The translations under genes were made by a program, and so were the position numbers. A stretch of DNA of 62,192 nt, the filler included, from an uncultured bacterium (lineage in GTDB: Bacteria > CAYJOG01): NCBI GenBank assembly GCA_964371695.1. It is 13 parts of 13 records of this genome, joined end to end, with 100 filler letters (N's around TTAATTAATTAA, not from the genome) between each part and the next. Parts side by side here need not be neighbours in the genome. Positions count along the whole stretch, not along the records: positions 4,881 to 9,655 come from CAYJOG010000262.1; positions 9,756 to 14,515 come from CAYJOG010000263.1; positions 14,616 to 19,373 come from CAYJOG010000264.1; 10 more parts are not named here. One strand, 5' to 3'. Position 1 is the stretch's first letter. Every line of letters starts with the position of its first letter. The notes beneath the pieces were generated by a model. The model saw nothing but the letters and a program-made list of their open reading frames with translations, was not told the origin of the DNA and searched no databases. Below, piece by piece: positions 9,195 through 18,628 of this stretch.

Positions 9195-9653
9195 TCAGGC
9201 GATGGTGATTTTTTTGTCCAGATACACGTCCTGAATGGCGTTCAGCAGGGCCACGCCCTCTTTGAGCGGCCGCTGGAACGCCTTGCGGCCCGAAATCAGA
9301 CCCATGCCGCCGGCCCGTTTGTTGATGACCGCCGTTTTCACCGCTTCTGCCAGGTCACTCTCTCCGCTGCTGGCGCCGCCGCTGTTGATCAGACCGGCCC
9401 GGCCCATATAACAGTTGGCCACCTGATAACGGCACAGGTCAATGGGGTGGTCGGTGCACAGGGTGTCATAGACCTTTTTGTGGGTTTTGCCGTATTTCGG
9501 GATGGCGTTGTAACCACCGTTATTTTCGGGCAGCTTCTGTTTGATGATGTCGGCCTGAATGGTGACGCCCAGGTGGTTGGCCTGACCGGTGAGGTCTGCC
9601 GCCACGTGATAATCCTTGTCCTCCACCTTGAAGCCGTTGTTGCGCAGATAACA
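9195..9653 (-). CDS. fbaB: Class I fructose-bisphosphate aldolase (DhnA/FbaB type), 5' truncated
   Basis: [46 protein letters not shown]. Confidence 0.93.
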   Translation of the reverse strand, partial: CYLRNNGFKVEDKDYHVAADLTGQANHLGVTIQADIIKQKLPENNGGYNAIPKYGKTHKKVYDTLCTDHPIDLCRYQVANCYMGRAGLINSGGASSGESDLAEAVKTAVINKRAGGMGLISGRKAFQRPLKEGVALLNAIQDVYLDKKITIA

Positions 9654-9755
9654 CCNNNNNNNNNNNNNNNNNNNNNNNNNNNNNNNNNNNNNNNNNNNNT
9701 TAATTAATTAANNNNNNNNNNNNNNNNNNNNNNNNNNNNNNNNNNNNNNNNNNNN

Positions 9756-10316
9756 CCCGCCGACGAAGAACACCATATCGACAAGTTCGCTTTTACCGTG
9801 CCTTTTGTGTGCGGCGCGCGCGACCTGGGCGAAGCGCTGCGGCGCATCGGCGAGGGCGCAGCAATGATTCGCACCAAAGGCGAAGCGGGCAGCGGCAACA
9901 TTGTGGAGGCCGTGCGTCATCTGCGCTCGGTGCTGGGGGGCATCCGCCGCCTCACCACCCTCAGCGACATGGAAATGATGCACGAGGCCAAGGTGCTGGG
10001 CGCGCCCTATGAACTGGTGCGGTGGGTGGCCCAGCACGGCAAGCTGCCGGTGCCCAACTTCAGCGCGGGCGGCGTGGCCACGCCTGCGGACGCGGCCCTC
10101 ATGCGCCAGCTTGGCGCAGAAGCGGTGTTTGTGGGCAGCGGCATTTTCAAAAGCCAGGATCCCCCCGCCTTTGCCCGCGCCATTGTCGAGGCCACCACCC
10201 ACTTTGATAACCCGGATATTCTGGCCAAAGTGAGCGAGGGGCTGCCCGGGGCCATGCCCGGCCTGGACATTCACACACTGCCCAAAGAAGAACTGCTGCA
10301 AACACGGGGCTGGTAA
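9756..10316 (+). CDS. pdxS: Pyridoxal 5'-phosphate synthase lyase subunit (5' truncated)
   Basis: [46 protein letters not shown], ends RGW. Confidence 0.96.
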   Translation, partial: PADEEHHIDKFAFTVPFVCGARDLGEALRRIGEGAAMIRTKGEAGSGNIVEAVRHLRSVLGGIRRLTTLSDMEMMHEAKVLGAPYELVRWVAQHGKLPVPNFSAGGVATPADAALMRQLGAEAVFVGSGIFKSQDPPAFARAIVEATTHFDNPDILAKVSEGLPGAMPGLDIHTLPKEELLQTRGW

Positions 10317-10340
10317 GGGCGCGGCCTTCAGGAGAAAAAG

Positions 10341-10913
10341 TTGGCGTTGCCCCTCATCGGTATTCTGGCGTTGCAGGGTGATTACGAAGCCCATCAAAAA
10401 GCCTTTGGCGCGCTGGACGCAACCACGCGGCTTGTGCGCCTGCCCGGCGAACTGGAACAGATAAACGCCCTGGTGCTGCCCGGCGGCGAGAGCACCACAC
10501 AGCTCAAACTGCTGGATTCCAGCGGCCTCACGCAACCCCTGCAGGAACGTCTCGACAAGGGCCTGCCCACCTTCAGCACCTGCGCCGGACTGATTCTGCT
10601 GTCGAAAAAAGTTGAGCCCGAACAGTTCTCTTTTGGCCTGCTGGACGTGACCGTGGCGCGCAACGCCTGGGGGCGTCAGGTGGCCAGTTTTGAAACCGAT
10701 GAAACGGTGACGGGGCTGGATAAAAAGCCGCTGCGCATGGTGTTCATTCGCGCACCCCGGCTGATAGAAGTGGGCCCGGCGGCCCGTGTGCTGGCCACCA
10801 CGCAGGGCGAGCCGGTGCTGATTTCTCAAGGTCCACACCTGGGCATGTCCTTTCACCCCGAAATCACGCCGGACACGCGTTTGCAGGCCCTGTTTCTGAA
10901 AAACCTCTCCTGA
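10341..10913 (+). CDS. pdxT: Pyridoxal 5'-phosphate synthase glutaminase subunit
   Basis: GILALQGD, PGGESTT, TCAGLILL, FIRAP, SFHPE. Confidence 0.95.
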   Translation: MALPLIGILALQGDYEAHQKAFGALDATTRLVRLPGELEQINALVLPGGESTTQLKLLDSSGLTQPLQERLDKGLPTFSTCAGLILLSKKVEPEQFSFGLLDVTVARNAWGRQVASFETDETVTGLDKKPLRMVFIRAPRLIEVGPAARVLATTQGEPVLISQGPHLGMSFHPEITPDTRLQALFLKNLS

Positions 10914-10927
10914 CTTAAACTCCGTTG

Positions 10928-12271
10928 ATGTCTACATCCCCTGTGATCATCGTGGGCGGCGGCATTGCTGGCTTGGGCGCTGCGTTGGCCCTGAAGGAAC
11001 GGGGCCACCGGGTGATGGTGCTGGAGGCAAACGCCGAGGCTGGCGGCCGCATGAGAAGCCACGTGGTGCAGGGATACACCGTGGACACGGGCGCGCAGTT
11101 TCTGGCGGGACGCGGGGCCTATCGTCACCTGTGGCGGCTCATGGACCGCCTGGGCCTGTCTGAGCATTGCCAGCCCATCGGCACACAAACCAACGCCCTG
11201 GTGCGGGGCGGCCAGCTTTATCTGGGCAAGTGGACCGACCCGCAGCGGTTTCTCGCCACCCCCTATCTTTCACTGAACGCCAAGCTCTCGTTGTCCCGGT
11301 TGCTGCCCGCCGTGGTGCAGGCCATGGTGCGGCTCTCCCCCACCCGTCCCGATCAGGCGCATTTTCTGGATGACGAAGACGCCAAAACCTGGGCCGAAAA
11401 TCTGGTGGGCGAAGAAGCCGCCCAATATGTGCTGGCCCCCGCTTTTGGGGCCACGTTCGACACCGATCTGAGCCATCTGAGCCGGGCCTTTTTGCTGAAC
11501 ACCATGACCTTCATGGCCCGTGGTTTTGACGTACACAGCCCCGTGGGGGGGCCGGGGGCCATCACCCGCGCTTTGGCAGAGAAGCTGGATGTGCGCTGCG
11601 GCCACCGCGTGACCGGCCTGAAGGCCACACCAAGCAAGGTGTTGCTGTCGGTGGAGGTGGCGGGCGAAAAAACCAGAGAAATCAAGGCCAAAGGCGTGGT
11701 GCTGGCGGTGCCCGGCCCGGCGCTGGACGCCTTCAGCGAGGCACTTTCTGCGCAGGAGCGTTCCTTTTTGCACCATGTTCGCTACACCAAAGGGGTGATC
11801 GTGACGTTTTGCCTCAAGGGCCAGCCCGCCACACTGCAACAGGCTTATGGCCTGGGCTTGCCGCCGCCAGAGGGTTATGGCCTCTATGGCGCGGCGGTGG
11901 ATCACCAGAAAGCCTACGCCGCCCCACCGGGCGCGGGCCTGCTCAACTGCGCCCTCACCGAGGCCGAAGCCGCCAACCGTTTTGAACACACCGACGAAGC
12001 TCTGTGCCACTATGCCCGCGCCGAACTGGAGCGCAGCCCCGTGGGGGCGCTGGGCCCGGCGGTGGCCACACAGGTGGACCGCTGGGAAAACCTGCTGCCC
12101 TGTTTCTACACGGGTTATCACAAACGCCTGCACGAATTTCTGCACCGCAAACAACGCACCCCCCGTGTGGCTTTTGCGGGGGATTACCTCACGGGGCCTT
12201 TCACCGAGGCGGCTTATGTCAGCGGCCTGCGGGCCGCCCGCCAGTTGCACCTGGGCTGGCTGGGGGGCTGA
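10928..12271 (+). CDS. FAD-dependent oxidoreductase (protoporphyrinogen oxidase/amine oxidase fold)
   Basis: IIVGGGIAGLGAA, EA..AGGR, DTGAQF, C-terminal AGDYL...EAAYVSGLRAA. Confidence 0.85.
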   Translation: MSTSPVIIVGGGIAGLGAALALKERGHRVMVLEANAEAGGRMRSHVVQGYTVDTGAQFLAGRGAYRHLWRLMDRLGLSEHCQPIGTQTNALVRGGQLYLGKWTDPQRFLATPYLSLNAKLSLSRLLPAVVQAMVRLSPTRPDQAHFLDDEDAKTWAENLVGEEAAQYVLAPAFGATFDTDLSHLSRAFLLNTMTFMARGFDVHSPVGGPGAITRALAEKLDVRCGHRVTGLKATPSKVLLSVEVAGEKTREIKAKGVVLAVPGPALDAFSEALSAQERSFLHHVRYTKGVIVTFCLKGQPATLQQAYGLGLPPPEGYGLYGAAVDHQKAYAAPPGAGLLNCALTEAEAANRFEHTDEALCHYARAELERSPVGALGPAVATQVDRWENLLPCFYTGYHKRLHEFLHRKQRTPRVAFAGDYLTGPFTEAAYVSGLRAARQLHLGWLGG

Positions 12272-12276
12272 GCGCC

Positions 12277-12681
12277 ATGTCCACCGGGTTTTCCATTGGT
12301 CTGGGTCTGGCGGCGGCGGGTTTGTTCTGCCTGGGCCGACAACGCTGGGCGCTGGCCCTTTTGCCTGGGGTGGTGGGCCTGTGGCTGTTGCCGACCACGC
12401 CGCTTTATCTGGGCCTACTGCTGGGGGCAAGTGTTTTGTTGTATGGGGCCTTTCCAAAACTTCAACCCAAACCGTCGGCGTCTTTCGTCAAACCGGGCAC
12501 AAGGGGCGTGGTGGTGGTGGATGTTTTGCCCCACAGCGACATGGGCGTGGTGAAGGCGGCGGGCCGTTTGTGGATCACCCACGGTAACCAGCCCCTGGCC
12601 GAAGGCACGGAAGTGCGGGTTCTTCACACCGAAGGCGACCATGCGGGGGTAGAGGCAAATAACAACCCCCACAACCCTTGA
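12277..12681 (+). CDS. NfeD-like membrane protein (TM plus OB fold)
   Basis: Hydrophobic N-half, then G.RGVVV..GVVKAAGRLW...LAEGTEVRV. Confidence 0.65.
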   Translation: MSTGFSIGLGLAAAGLFCLGRQRWALALLPGVVGLWLLPTTPLYLGLLLGASVLLYGAFPKLQPKPSASFVKPGTRGVVVVDVLPHSDMGVVKAAGRLWITHGNQPLAEGTEVRVLHTEGDHAGVEANNNPHNP

Positions 12682-12706
12682 CCATTTCCGGCAGGAGTGA
12701 GAAAAT
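12678..12706 (+). promoter_or_regulatory. Putative sigma70 promoter of the tRNA operon
   Basis: TTGACC-N17-GAAAAT with TG-n extended -10, about 70 nt upstream of the first tRNA. Confidence 0.4.
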
Positions 12707-12775
12707 AGCCGACCTGGGCGAAAGCCCCTGAAACTTGACAACTTGGGAGTGGGCGCAAGCCACCACAGGCCACCG

Positions 12776-12849
12776 GCGCCTGTAGCTCAACCGGATAGAG
12801 CAACGGGCTTCTACCCCGTAGGTTAGAGGTTCGAGTCCTCTCAGGCGCG
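12776..12849 (+). tRNA. tRNA-Arg (anticodon TCT)
   Basis: Acceptor GCGCCTG/CAGGCGC; anticodon arm ACGGG-CTTCTAC-CCCGT; GTTCGAGTC T-arm; CCA not encoded. Confidence 0.95.
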
Positions 12850-12868
12850 CCCCGGCGCGTCACACCCA

Positions 12869-12942
12869 GCGCCAGTAGCTCAATTGGATAGAGTACCGGA
12901 CTTCGGATCCGATGGTTGGGGGTTCGAGTCCCTCCTGGCGCG
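12869..12942 (+). tRNA. tRNA-Arg (anticodon TCG)
   Basis: Acceptor GCGCCAG/CTGGCGC; loop CT-TCG-GA; GGTTCGAGTCC; CCA not encoded. Confidence 0.92.
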
Positions 12943-12946
12943 CAAA

Positions 12947-13022
12947 GGGCCGTTAGCTCAGCTGGTAGAGCAGGTGACTCTTAATCACAAGGTCGAAGGT
13001 TCGACCCCTTCACGGCCCACCA
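12947..13022 (+). tRNA. tRNA-Lys (anticodon CTT)
   Basis: Acceptor GGGCCGT/ACGGCCC; loop CT-CTT-AA; ends ACCA. Confidence 0.96.
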
Positions 13023-13065
13023 CCATTCCCAGATCCTTCCTTTGGTGCGTTATCATGTTTTTGCC

Positions 13066-13146
13066 GGATGAGTGGCGGAACGGTAGACGCGCTGGATTTA
13101 GGATCCAGTGAGGAAACTCGTGAGAGTTCGAGTCTCTCCTCATCCA
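13066..13146 (+). tRNA. tRNA-Leu (anticodon TAG)
   Basis: Acceptor GGATGAG/CTCATCC; CTGGA-TTTAGGA-TCCAG; long variable arm GAG-GAAA-CTC. Confidence 0.94.
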
Positions 13147-13154
13147 CAGACCCC

Positions 13155-13230
13155 GCGGGAGTAGCTCAGCTGGTAGAGCACAACCTTGCCAAGGTTGGGG
13201 TCGCGGGTTCGAATCCCGTCTCCCGCTCCA
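13155..13230 (+). tRNA. tRNA-Gly (anticodon GCC)
   Basis: Acceptor GCGGGAG/CTCCCGC; loop TT-GCC-AA; ends TCCA. Confidence 0.97.
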
Positions 13231-13232
13231 AC

Positions 13233-13262
13233 AAAAAAACCCCTCCAACGAGGGGTTTTTTT
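13233..13262 (+). terminator. Intrinsic terminator after the tRNA operon
   Basis: AAAAAAACCCCTC-CAAC-GAGGGGTTTTTTT. Confidence 0.85.
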
Positions 13263-13307
13263 GTGTCCGCCTAAAACGGGCGCAATTTGCGTTAGAATAT
13301 ATGCAAT

Positions 13308-13949
13308 ATGCGTATATTCAATTCTCTGGATGCCCTGATGCCCGGCGTGCGCCAACACCTGCTGGCCACGCTGTTGCTCTGGCCTGAAAAATCCTGGTAC
13401 ATGACCGATTTGGCCCATCATCTGGGCCTTTCCCCCTCAAGTCTTCAAAGAGAATTGGGGCAACTTGCTTCTGCCGGATTTTTCACCAAAAAGCCGGATG
13501 GCAACCGGGTTTATTACCAAGCCAACCAGAGCCATCCTCTTTTTCCTGAACTCAGGGGATTGATGCTGAAAACTGCCGGACTGACGGAAGTGCTGCACCG
13601 GGCGCTTGCTCGGTTTTCTGAAAAAATCTCCATGGCTTTTGTTTTTGGTTCCACCGCCACCGGTCAGATGACTGCCGCCAGCGACGTGGATCTGCTGGTG
13701 GTGGGCACGGTGACGTTTTGGGAACTCAGCCAGACCCTTTCTTCCATTGAGTCCGAACTGGCGCGGCCCGTGAACGTCAGCCTCTATTCACCTCAGGAGT
13801 TTTTCACCAAGCTGTCCACCGGCCAGCATTTTTTGACTTCCGTGCTGGCCACGCCCCGCATCTTCATAATGGGCAGCGAAAATGACCTGGAAACCCTTTC
13901 TCGATTCGGGCCGGGTGAAGCCCCACCAGACCAGCGCCCAGGAACTTGA
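13308..13949 (+). CDS. wHTH-fused minimal nucleotidyltransferase (MNT antitoxin)
   Basis: N-terminal HTH (LAHHLGLSPSSLQREL..GNRVYY); NTase motif FGSTATG..AASDVDLLVV. Confidence 0.85.
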   Translation: MRIFNSLDALMPGVRQHLLATLLLWPEKSWYMTDLAHHLGLSPSSLQRELGQLASAGFFTKKPDGNRVYYQANQSHPLFPELRGLMLKTAGLTEVLHRALARFSEKISMAFVFGSTATGQMTAASDVDLLVVGTVTFWELSQTLSSIESELARPVNVSLYSPQEFFTKLSTGQHFLTSVLATPRIFIMGSENDLETLSRFGPGEAPPDQRPGT

Positions 13950-14298
13950 TGACCTGCGCGCCGTTGTTCGCCGCGACTTGGCCGACGCAGCCCTTGAGAT
14001 GTTGTCGGATGACCGGCGTTTCGCCACCGCTTATAACGCGGCGTTGCAAACCGCCAAAATGCTCCTCGCCTGCGCAGGATACCGGACATCTGGAACGGGT
14101 CACCATCAAACCACCTTCGCCGTCATCACCCTGATTCTTGGCGAAACAGCAGCGCCGCAATCGGTATTTTTTGACGCCTGCCGCCGCAAGCGGAACATGG
14201 TGGACTACGACCTGAGCGGCGTCATCAGTCAGGCGGAAATGCTGGCCCTGATTGAAGAAGCCGCGATATTTTTCGACATTTCTGAAAACTGGATTTAA
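13882..14298 (+). CDS. HEPN-domain protein, partner of the MNT
   Basis: ATAYNAAL...AGYR...GHHQT...RRKRNMVDYD; overlaps the MNT gene by 68 nt. Confidence 0.75.
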   Translation: MTWKPFLDSGRVKPHQTSAQELDDLRAVVRRDLADAALEMLSDDRRFATAYNAALQTAKMLLACAGYRTSGTGHHQTTFAVITLILGETAAPQSVFFDACRRKRNMVDYDLSGVISQAEMLALIEEAAIFFDISENWI

Positions 14299-14335
14299 AA
14301 AAACCACCCGCCTCTGGCCAACAGTTAAGCCCCTG

Positions 14336-14515
14336 CTACCCCGCCATGAGGCCCTTGGCGCGGGCATAGGCAAACACGCTGCCCGCCTTCAGGATTTCAG
14401 CCACGTCGCCCATGGGCCGCAGGGCATAGGATTTGCCGCTGGCGGTGTGGGTGAGGCGGTTGTTTTCCAGGTCCACCGACACGTCATCACCGGTGTGGAC
14501 GACCTTGCTCAGATC
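14336..14515 (-). CDS. 3-isopropylmalate dehydratase/homoaconitase small subunit, C-terminal fragment
   Basis: Own translation DLSKVVHTGDDVSVDLENNRLTHTASGKSYALRPMGDVAEILKAGSVFAYARAKGLMAG*; absent from the ORF track. Confidence 0.75.
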   Translation of the reverse strand, partial: DLSKVVHTGDDVSVDLENNRLTHTASGKSYALRPMGDVAEILKAGSVFAYARAKGLMAG

Positions 14516-14615
14516 NNNNNNNNNNNNNNNNNNNNNNNNNNNNNNNNNNNNNNNNNNNNTTAATTAATTAANNNNNNNNNNNNNNNNNNNNNNNNNNNNN
14601 NNNNNNNNNNNNNNN

Positions 14616-14671
14616 TGCGGCAGCATATTGATGCTGCCGGGCGCGCCAAGCGGCGCGTAAGCGCCGGGGTG
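14616..14671 (+). repeat. CGGCAGCAT-ATTG-ATGCTGCCG repeat family copy at a contig start
   Basis: Matches 4597-4652 and the reverse complement of 22031-22086. Confidence 0.75.
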
Positions 14672-14922
14672 GGGATGAATTCATACCAATTTTCACCGAA
14701 CCGCCGGACTTCGCAGCACCCATTTCCAAACCGGCTCATCGCTCAGGGTTAATGTTGTTTCGATTGAAAATTTGTATCAAAACTGTGCGTCGCGCCTGCT
14801 CCTTTTGGTGGGGCCAGTCGCCACAGGCGTCTCGCCTGTGGCATAAAAACAAAAGCAAAAAACCACCTTCTGGTGACACGGACCCTCTTGTCCGCCCCAC
14901 TGAATGAAAACAGAAAAAGGTT

Positions 14923-15540
14923 TTACATCTTCCGCACGATTTCCAGCTCCAGGTCAATGTTCACCCAGTCGTCCACCATGGCTTTGCCATCGGTCATGCC
15001 GTTGAACTTCAGGTCGAAGTCCTGCCGGTTGATGCGCGTGGTGAAGCTGAAGCCGGAGTGTTCCGTCAGTCCGCCATAGCTGAGTTTGGTCACCCCCAGG
15101 TGCTCGCCGGTGAACAGCACCGTGCGGGTGATGCCCTTGATGGTGAGTTTGCCCTCGGCCTTGATGGCGCTGCCGTCGTAGTCCACCTTGGTGGTTTCAA
15201 AGGTGATGGTTTTGAACTTGCCCGCCTCGAAAAACTCTTTGCCGCGCAGGTGGGTGTCGCGCATCTTGTTGGCGGTGTTCACCGATTTGACCTGCACCGT
15301 GGCCTTGGCCCAGGTGAGCCGCCCGGCGGCGTCGGCCTTGAGGCTGCCGTCGTACACGTCAAAGGCGCCCCGCACCTTGCTCACCATCAGGTGGCGCACG
15401 TTGAAGTTGACGGAGGTGTGGGATTTGTCCAGCTTCCAGGGGCCGGGGGCCGCCTGGGCGGGCAACTGGGCCAAACCAGCCAGCAGGGCCAGGAGGGTTA
15501 ACAAACGGGTGGAGCGAGGCATTGCAAGACGAGGGGACAT
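14923..15540 (-). CDS. YceI family polyisoprenoid-binding protein
   Basis: Signal peptide; WKLDKSHTSVNFNVRHLMVSKVRGAF, RDTHLR..FF, GKLTIKGITR, INRQDF. Confidence 0.93.
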   Translation of the reverse strand: MSPRLAMPRSTRLLTLLALLAGLAQLPAQAAPGPWKLDKSHTSVNFNVRHLMVSKVRGAFDVYDGSLKADAAGRLTWAKATVQVKSVNTANKMRDTHLRGKEFFEAGKFKTITFETTKVDYDGSAIKAEGKLTIKGITRTVLFTGEHLGVTKLSYGGLTEHSGFSFTTRINRQDFDLKFNGMTDGKAMVDDWVNIDLELEIVRKM

Positions 15541-15591
15541 GAGGGACTCCTTTGTTTAATTCTAGTTAGAATAGTTTGGAAAAACGAGTTG

Positions 15592-16497
15592 TCAAGATTG
15601 AAGCGGCTTTTTCGCCAGCACCACACAGTCGGTGGAAAACGCCGGAAAAACCTTGCACAACGCCATAAAAGGCCACTTCAGGGCCTGCTCCAGACTGTTC
15701 ACCCGCACACCCGGCGCAAAACGCCCCTCGCCCAGGGGGGTGATCTGAATGGACAAATTGGCGTGGCTGGCCCGGATGGGGGCGAGTCCCGCCCGCGACA
15801 CCAGCGCTTTCACCTCGGCCAGGGTGTATTCCCGCACGTGGCGTTTGTACACGCTCAGGCTGATCATCGTCTCCAGGCTGGTGTAGATGTTGCGCCCGGC
15901 CATCAGCCGCAGGCGGTTTTGCAGCTTGGCCACGTTGGGGGTGCTCAGCACCAGCAGGCCGCCGGGTTTGAGCACGCGGGCCATTTCCAGCAGGGGCCGC
16001 AGGGGCCAGGTGGGCAGGTGTTCCAGCACCTCGGTGAAGGTGACGAAATCAAAGGTGTTGTCCGGCAGGGGAAAGGGTTGTTCCAATATGTCGCAGGCGT
16101 GAACGGGCACGTTGAAGGTCTGGTGCAGCAGGCCGCCCGCCTCGTGCAGAAAAGGCGCGTCGGGGTAAAGGTCCAGCCCCTCCATCTGATACCCCATCAG
16201 GCTGGCGGCCACCAGAAAATGCCCCGGGCTGGCCCCCACGTCCAGCCCCCGGGCGCCGGGGGGCGCGTGGGCCGCCAGGGCGCTCAGGGTGTGGCGATAA
16301 AACGGCCACTGCTGATAAAAATAGGCCTCGCGTTCTTTTTGCGGCACGGCCATGGCCACGCGGTGAAGGTGCTCAGAGACAGTGTCGCGGCCCACCCGCA
16401 CATGGTAACGGTCAGCCGCCCCAATTGCCGCCGCAGGCGGGCTGTCTTTTGACGCCGCCGCCAGCAGTTCCTGCCATGGATTTTTCAGGGTGTTCAT
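15592..16497 (-). CDS. Class I SAM-dependent methyltransferase
   Basis: LDVGASPG, PFPLPDNTFDFVTFTEVLEHL, RVLKPGGLLVLSTPN, HVREYT. Confidence 0.9.
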   Translation of the reverse strand: MNTLKNPWQELLAAASKDSPPAAAIGAADRYHVRVGRDTVSEHLHRVAMAVPQKEREAYFYQQWPFYRHTLSALAAHAPPGARGLDVGASPGHFLVAASLMGYQMEGLDLYPDAPFLHEAGGLLHQTFNVPVHACDILEQPFPLPDNTFDFVTFTEVLEHLPTWPLRPLLEMARVLKPGGLLVLSTPNVAKLQNRLRLMAGRNIYTSLETMISLSVYKRHVREYTLAEVKALVSRAGLAPIRASHANLSIQITPLGEGRFAPGVRVNSLEQALKWPFMALCKVFPAFSTDCVVLAKKPLQS

Positions 16498-16523
16498 AAA
16501 CACCCTGCTACACTCATTCCATT

Positions 16524-16599
<76 letters not shown>

Positions 16600-16715
16600 G
16601 GAAGGGGAGAAAGCTTCGTAGAAAATTTTGGTTTCTGACACACCGGCCTGCACAGCTGGATTACTTGAATAGTGGGGCTTACCAAAAGATACTGAAGTGG
16701 GATGGTTCATGAGTG

Positions 16716-17153
16716 ATGGACAGGCTTTCACCGGAGGTACGCAGCGCCAACATGGCCCGCATTGGGAACAAGAATACGGCCCCGGAAAAATGTGTCCGAA
16801 CGCTTCTTCATCGTTCTGGTTATCGCTACAGACTGCATGGCAAACATCTTCCCGGCACACCAGACATTCACTTTCCAGACAAGAAAAAAGCGCTTTTTGT
16901 TCATGGCTGTTTTTGGCATCGTCATCCACAGTGTAAATTCTCCTATACGCCAAAAACTCGAGCAGGGTTCTGGAGGAAAAAGTTTGAGGACAATGTTGCC
17001 AGGGATCGAAGGGTCGAAAATGCTCTTAGAAAAGGTGGATGGGACGTGCTGGTTGTTTGGGAGTGTGAAGCCAAAGATCAAGGCATCCTGAAGGAAAAGC
17101 TTTTTCAGTTCCTGGGGCCAGCAAAATCAGGAGAAGTGTGTGAAAAAGACTGA
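16716..17153 (+). CDS. vsr: Very short patch repair endonuclease
   Basis: RSANMARI..KNTAPE, LPGTPDI, FVHGCFWHRH, FWRKKFEDNVARDRR, GWDVLVVWECE. Confidence 0.95.
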   Translation: MDRLSPEVRSANMARIGNKNTAPEKCVRTLLHRSGYRYRLHGKHLPGTPDIHFPDKKKALFVHGCFWHRHPQCKFSYTPKTRAGFWRKKFEDNVARDRRVENALRKGGWDVLVVWECEAKDQGILKEKLFQFLGPAKSGEVCEKD

Positions 17154-18627
17154 ACCTGATGCGGCGATTCTTAGAAAAGTTTCTAGAATTGCCATGTCTC
17201 CTGGATACAAGCCAAAGGTGCTGGATATTTTTGCAGGATGCGGTGGTCTGAGCTTGGGGTTTCAAAGTGCCGGATTTCAGATTGTCGCCGCTATGGAGAT
17301 CGATCATCATGCAGCTAAAACACATTCCAACAATTTTTTCGTGAATGCGCCAGAAAATGAACGGATGCTGCATGCAAAACCACGCGACATCACCAAAATT
17401 GAACCGAAAGAACTTATAAAAGAGTTCGGACTTGGAAGTCTTTCTGAAGCAATCGATGTGATTATTGGAGGTCCCCCATGTCAAGCGTATGCGAGGGTTG
17501 GCAGAGCAAAACTTCGGGAAATTGCCGATCACCCGGAGGCATTTAAAATTGATCCAAGGGCAAACCTATACTTACGTTATCTTTATTATGTTTCACAGCT
17601 TAAGCCACTTGCATTGTTGATGGAAAATGTGCCTGACATCCTTAATCACGGCGGCCATAACATTGTTCAGGAAATGGTTGAGACGTTGGATGGGATGGGA
17701 TATCACGCAAAATATTCCTTGCTCAACAGTGCCCACCACGGAGTGCCCCAGATGCGAGACAGAGTCTTCATGATTGCTTTCAGAAAAGAACTGAAAGCGG
17801 AAATCAGTTTTCCTATTGCTACAAACAGATGTCAGTTGCCTGTGGGATACACAGGGACACGATCCGTAGCTCTGAAGTTAATCAACATGTTTACTGGTTC
17901 TGGCTATGAACCTCCAGACATTGGTCATAATGATCTTCCTCCCGCCGTTACGGCACTGGAGGCTATTGGAGATCTTCCTGCCATCACCCTCCACAAAGAA
18001 GGCAAACTCAAACGGGGTGCAAGGAGGTTTAACGATCTCGAATTATACAGAAAAATTCCATTCGATAATTTGGCGCCCTATGCTAAAAAAATGAGGACTT
18101 GGCCGGGCTTTGAGGGTGGAGAGGGTGTGTTTGATCATGTAATTCGATGTCTGCCGAGAGACACCGAAATTTTTGAAAAAATGCAACAGGGCGATGAGTA
18201 CCCGGCAGCGCATCGAGTTGCCGAAAAGCTTTTTGAAGAAACGGCCCGGAATAAACATCTGAGACATGGCACGACAGCTTGGAAGACGCTTCATCGCGCC
18301 ATGGTACCCCCTTACCCGGTCAACAGTTTCCCTAACAGGTGGTGGAAGCTGAAAGCCGATGCCCCTGTCCGCACACTGATGGCACATATAGGCAAAGACA
18401 CTTATTCACATATTCACTTTGACGGTACTCAAGGAAGAGTGATTTCTGTACGTGAGGCTGCACGTCTTCAGAGTTTTCCAGATGGCTTTACCTTTGCCGG
18501 AACCATGAACCCTGCTTTTCGCCAGATTGGAAATGCTGTCCCCCCCCTTATGGCAAAAGAAATTGCAAAAGCCATGCTCTCTTCCTTGCAAGCCTCTTTT
18601 GCCTTTAAAAGTAAAGCGGCCAGATGA
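17140..18627 (+). CDS. DNA (cytosine-5)-methyltransferase
   Basis: Motif I DIFAGCGG, IV GGPPCQ, VI ENVP, VIII QMRDRVF, IX/X SVREAARLQSFPD..QIGNAVPP. Confidence 0.96.
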   Translation: MKKTEPDAAILRKVSRIAMSPGYKPKVLDIFAGCGGLSLGFQSAGFQIVAAMEIDHHAAKTHSNNFFVNAPENERMLHAKPRDITKIEPKELIKEFGLGSLSEAIDVIIGGPPCQAYARVGRAKLREIADHPEAFKIDPRANLYLRYLYYVSQLKPLALLMENVPDILNHGGHNIVQEMVETLDGMGYHAKYSLLNSAHHGVPQMRDRVFMIAFRKELKAEISFPIATNRCQLPVGYTGTRSVALKLINMFTGSGYEPPDIGHNDLPPAVTALEAIGDLPAITLHKEGKLKRGARRFNDLELYRKIPFDNLAPYAKKMRTWPGFEGGEGVFDHVIRCLPRDTEIFEKMQQGDEYPAAHRVAEKLFEETARNKHLRHGTTAWKTLHRAMVPPYPVNSFPNRWWKLKADAPVRTLMAHIGKDTYSHIHFDGTQGRVISVREAARLQSFPDGFTFAGTMNPAFRQIGNAVPPLMAKEIAKAMLSSLQASFAFKSKAAR

Positions 18628-18628
18628 A

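Noticed and set aside
12884..13274. Short ORFs over the tRNA cluster and tRNA-Thr
   Set aside because: Fully explained by tRNA genes
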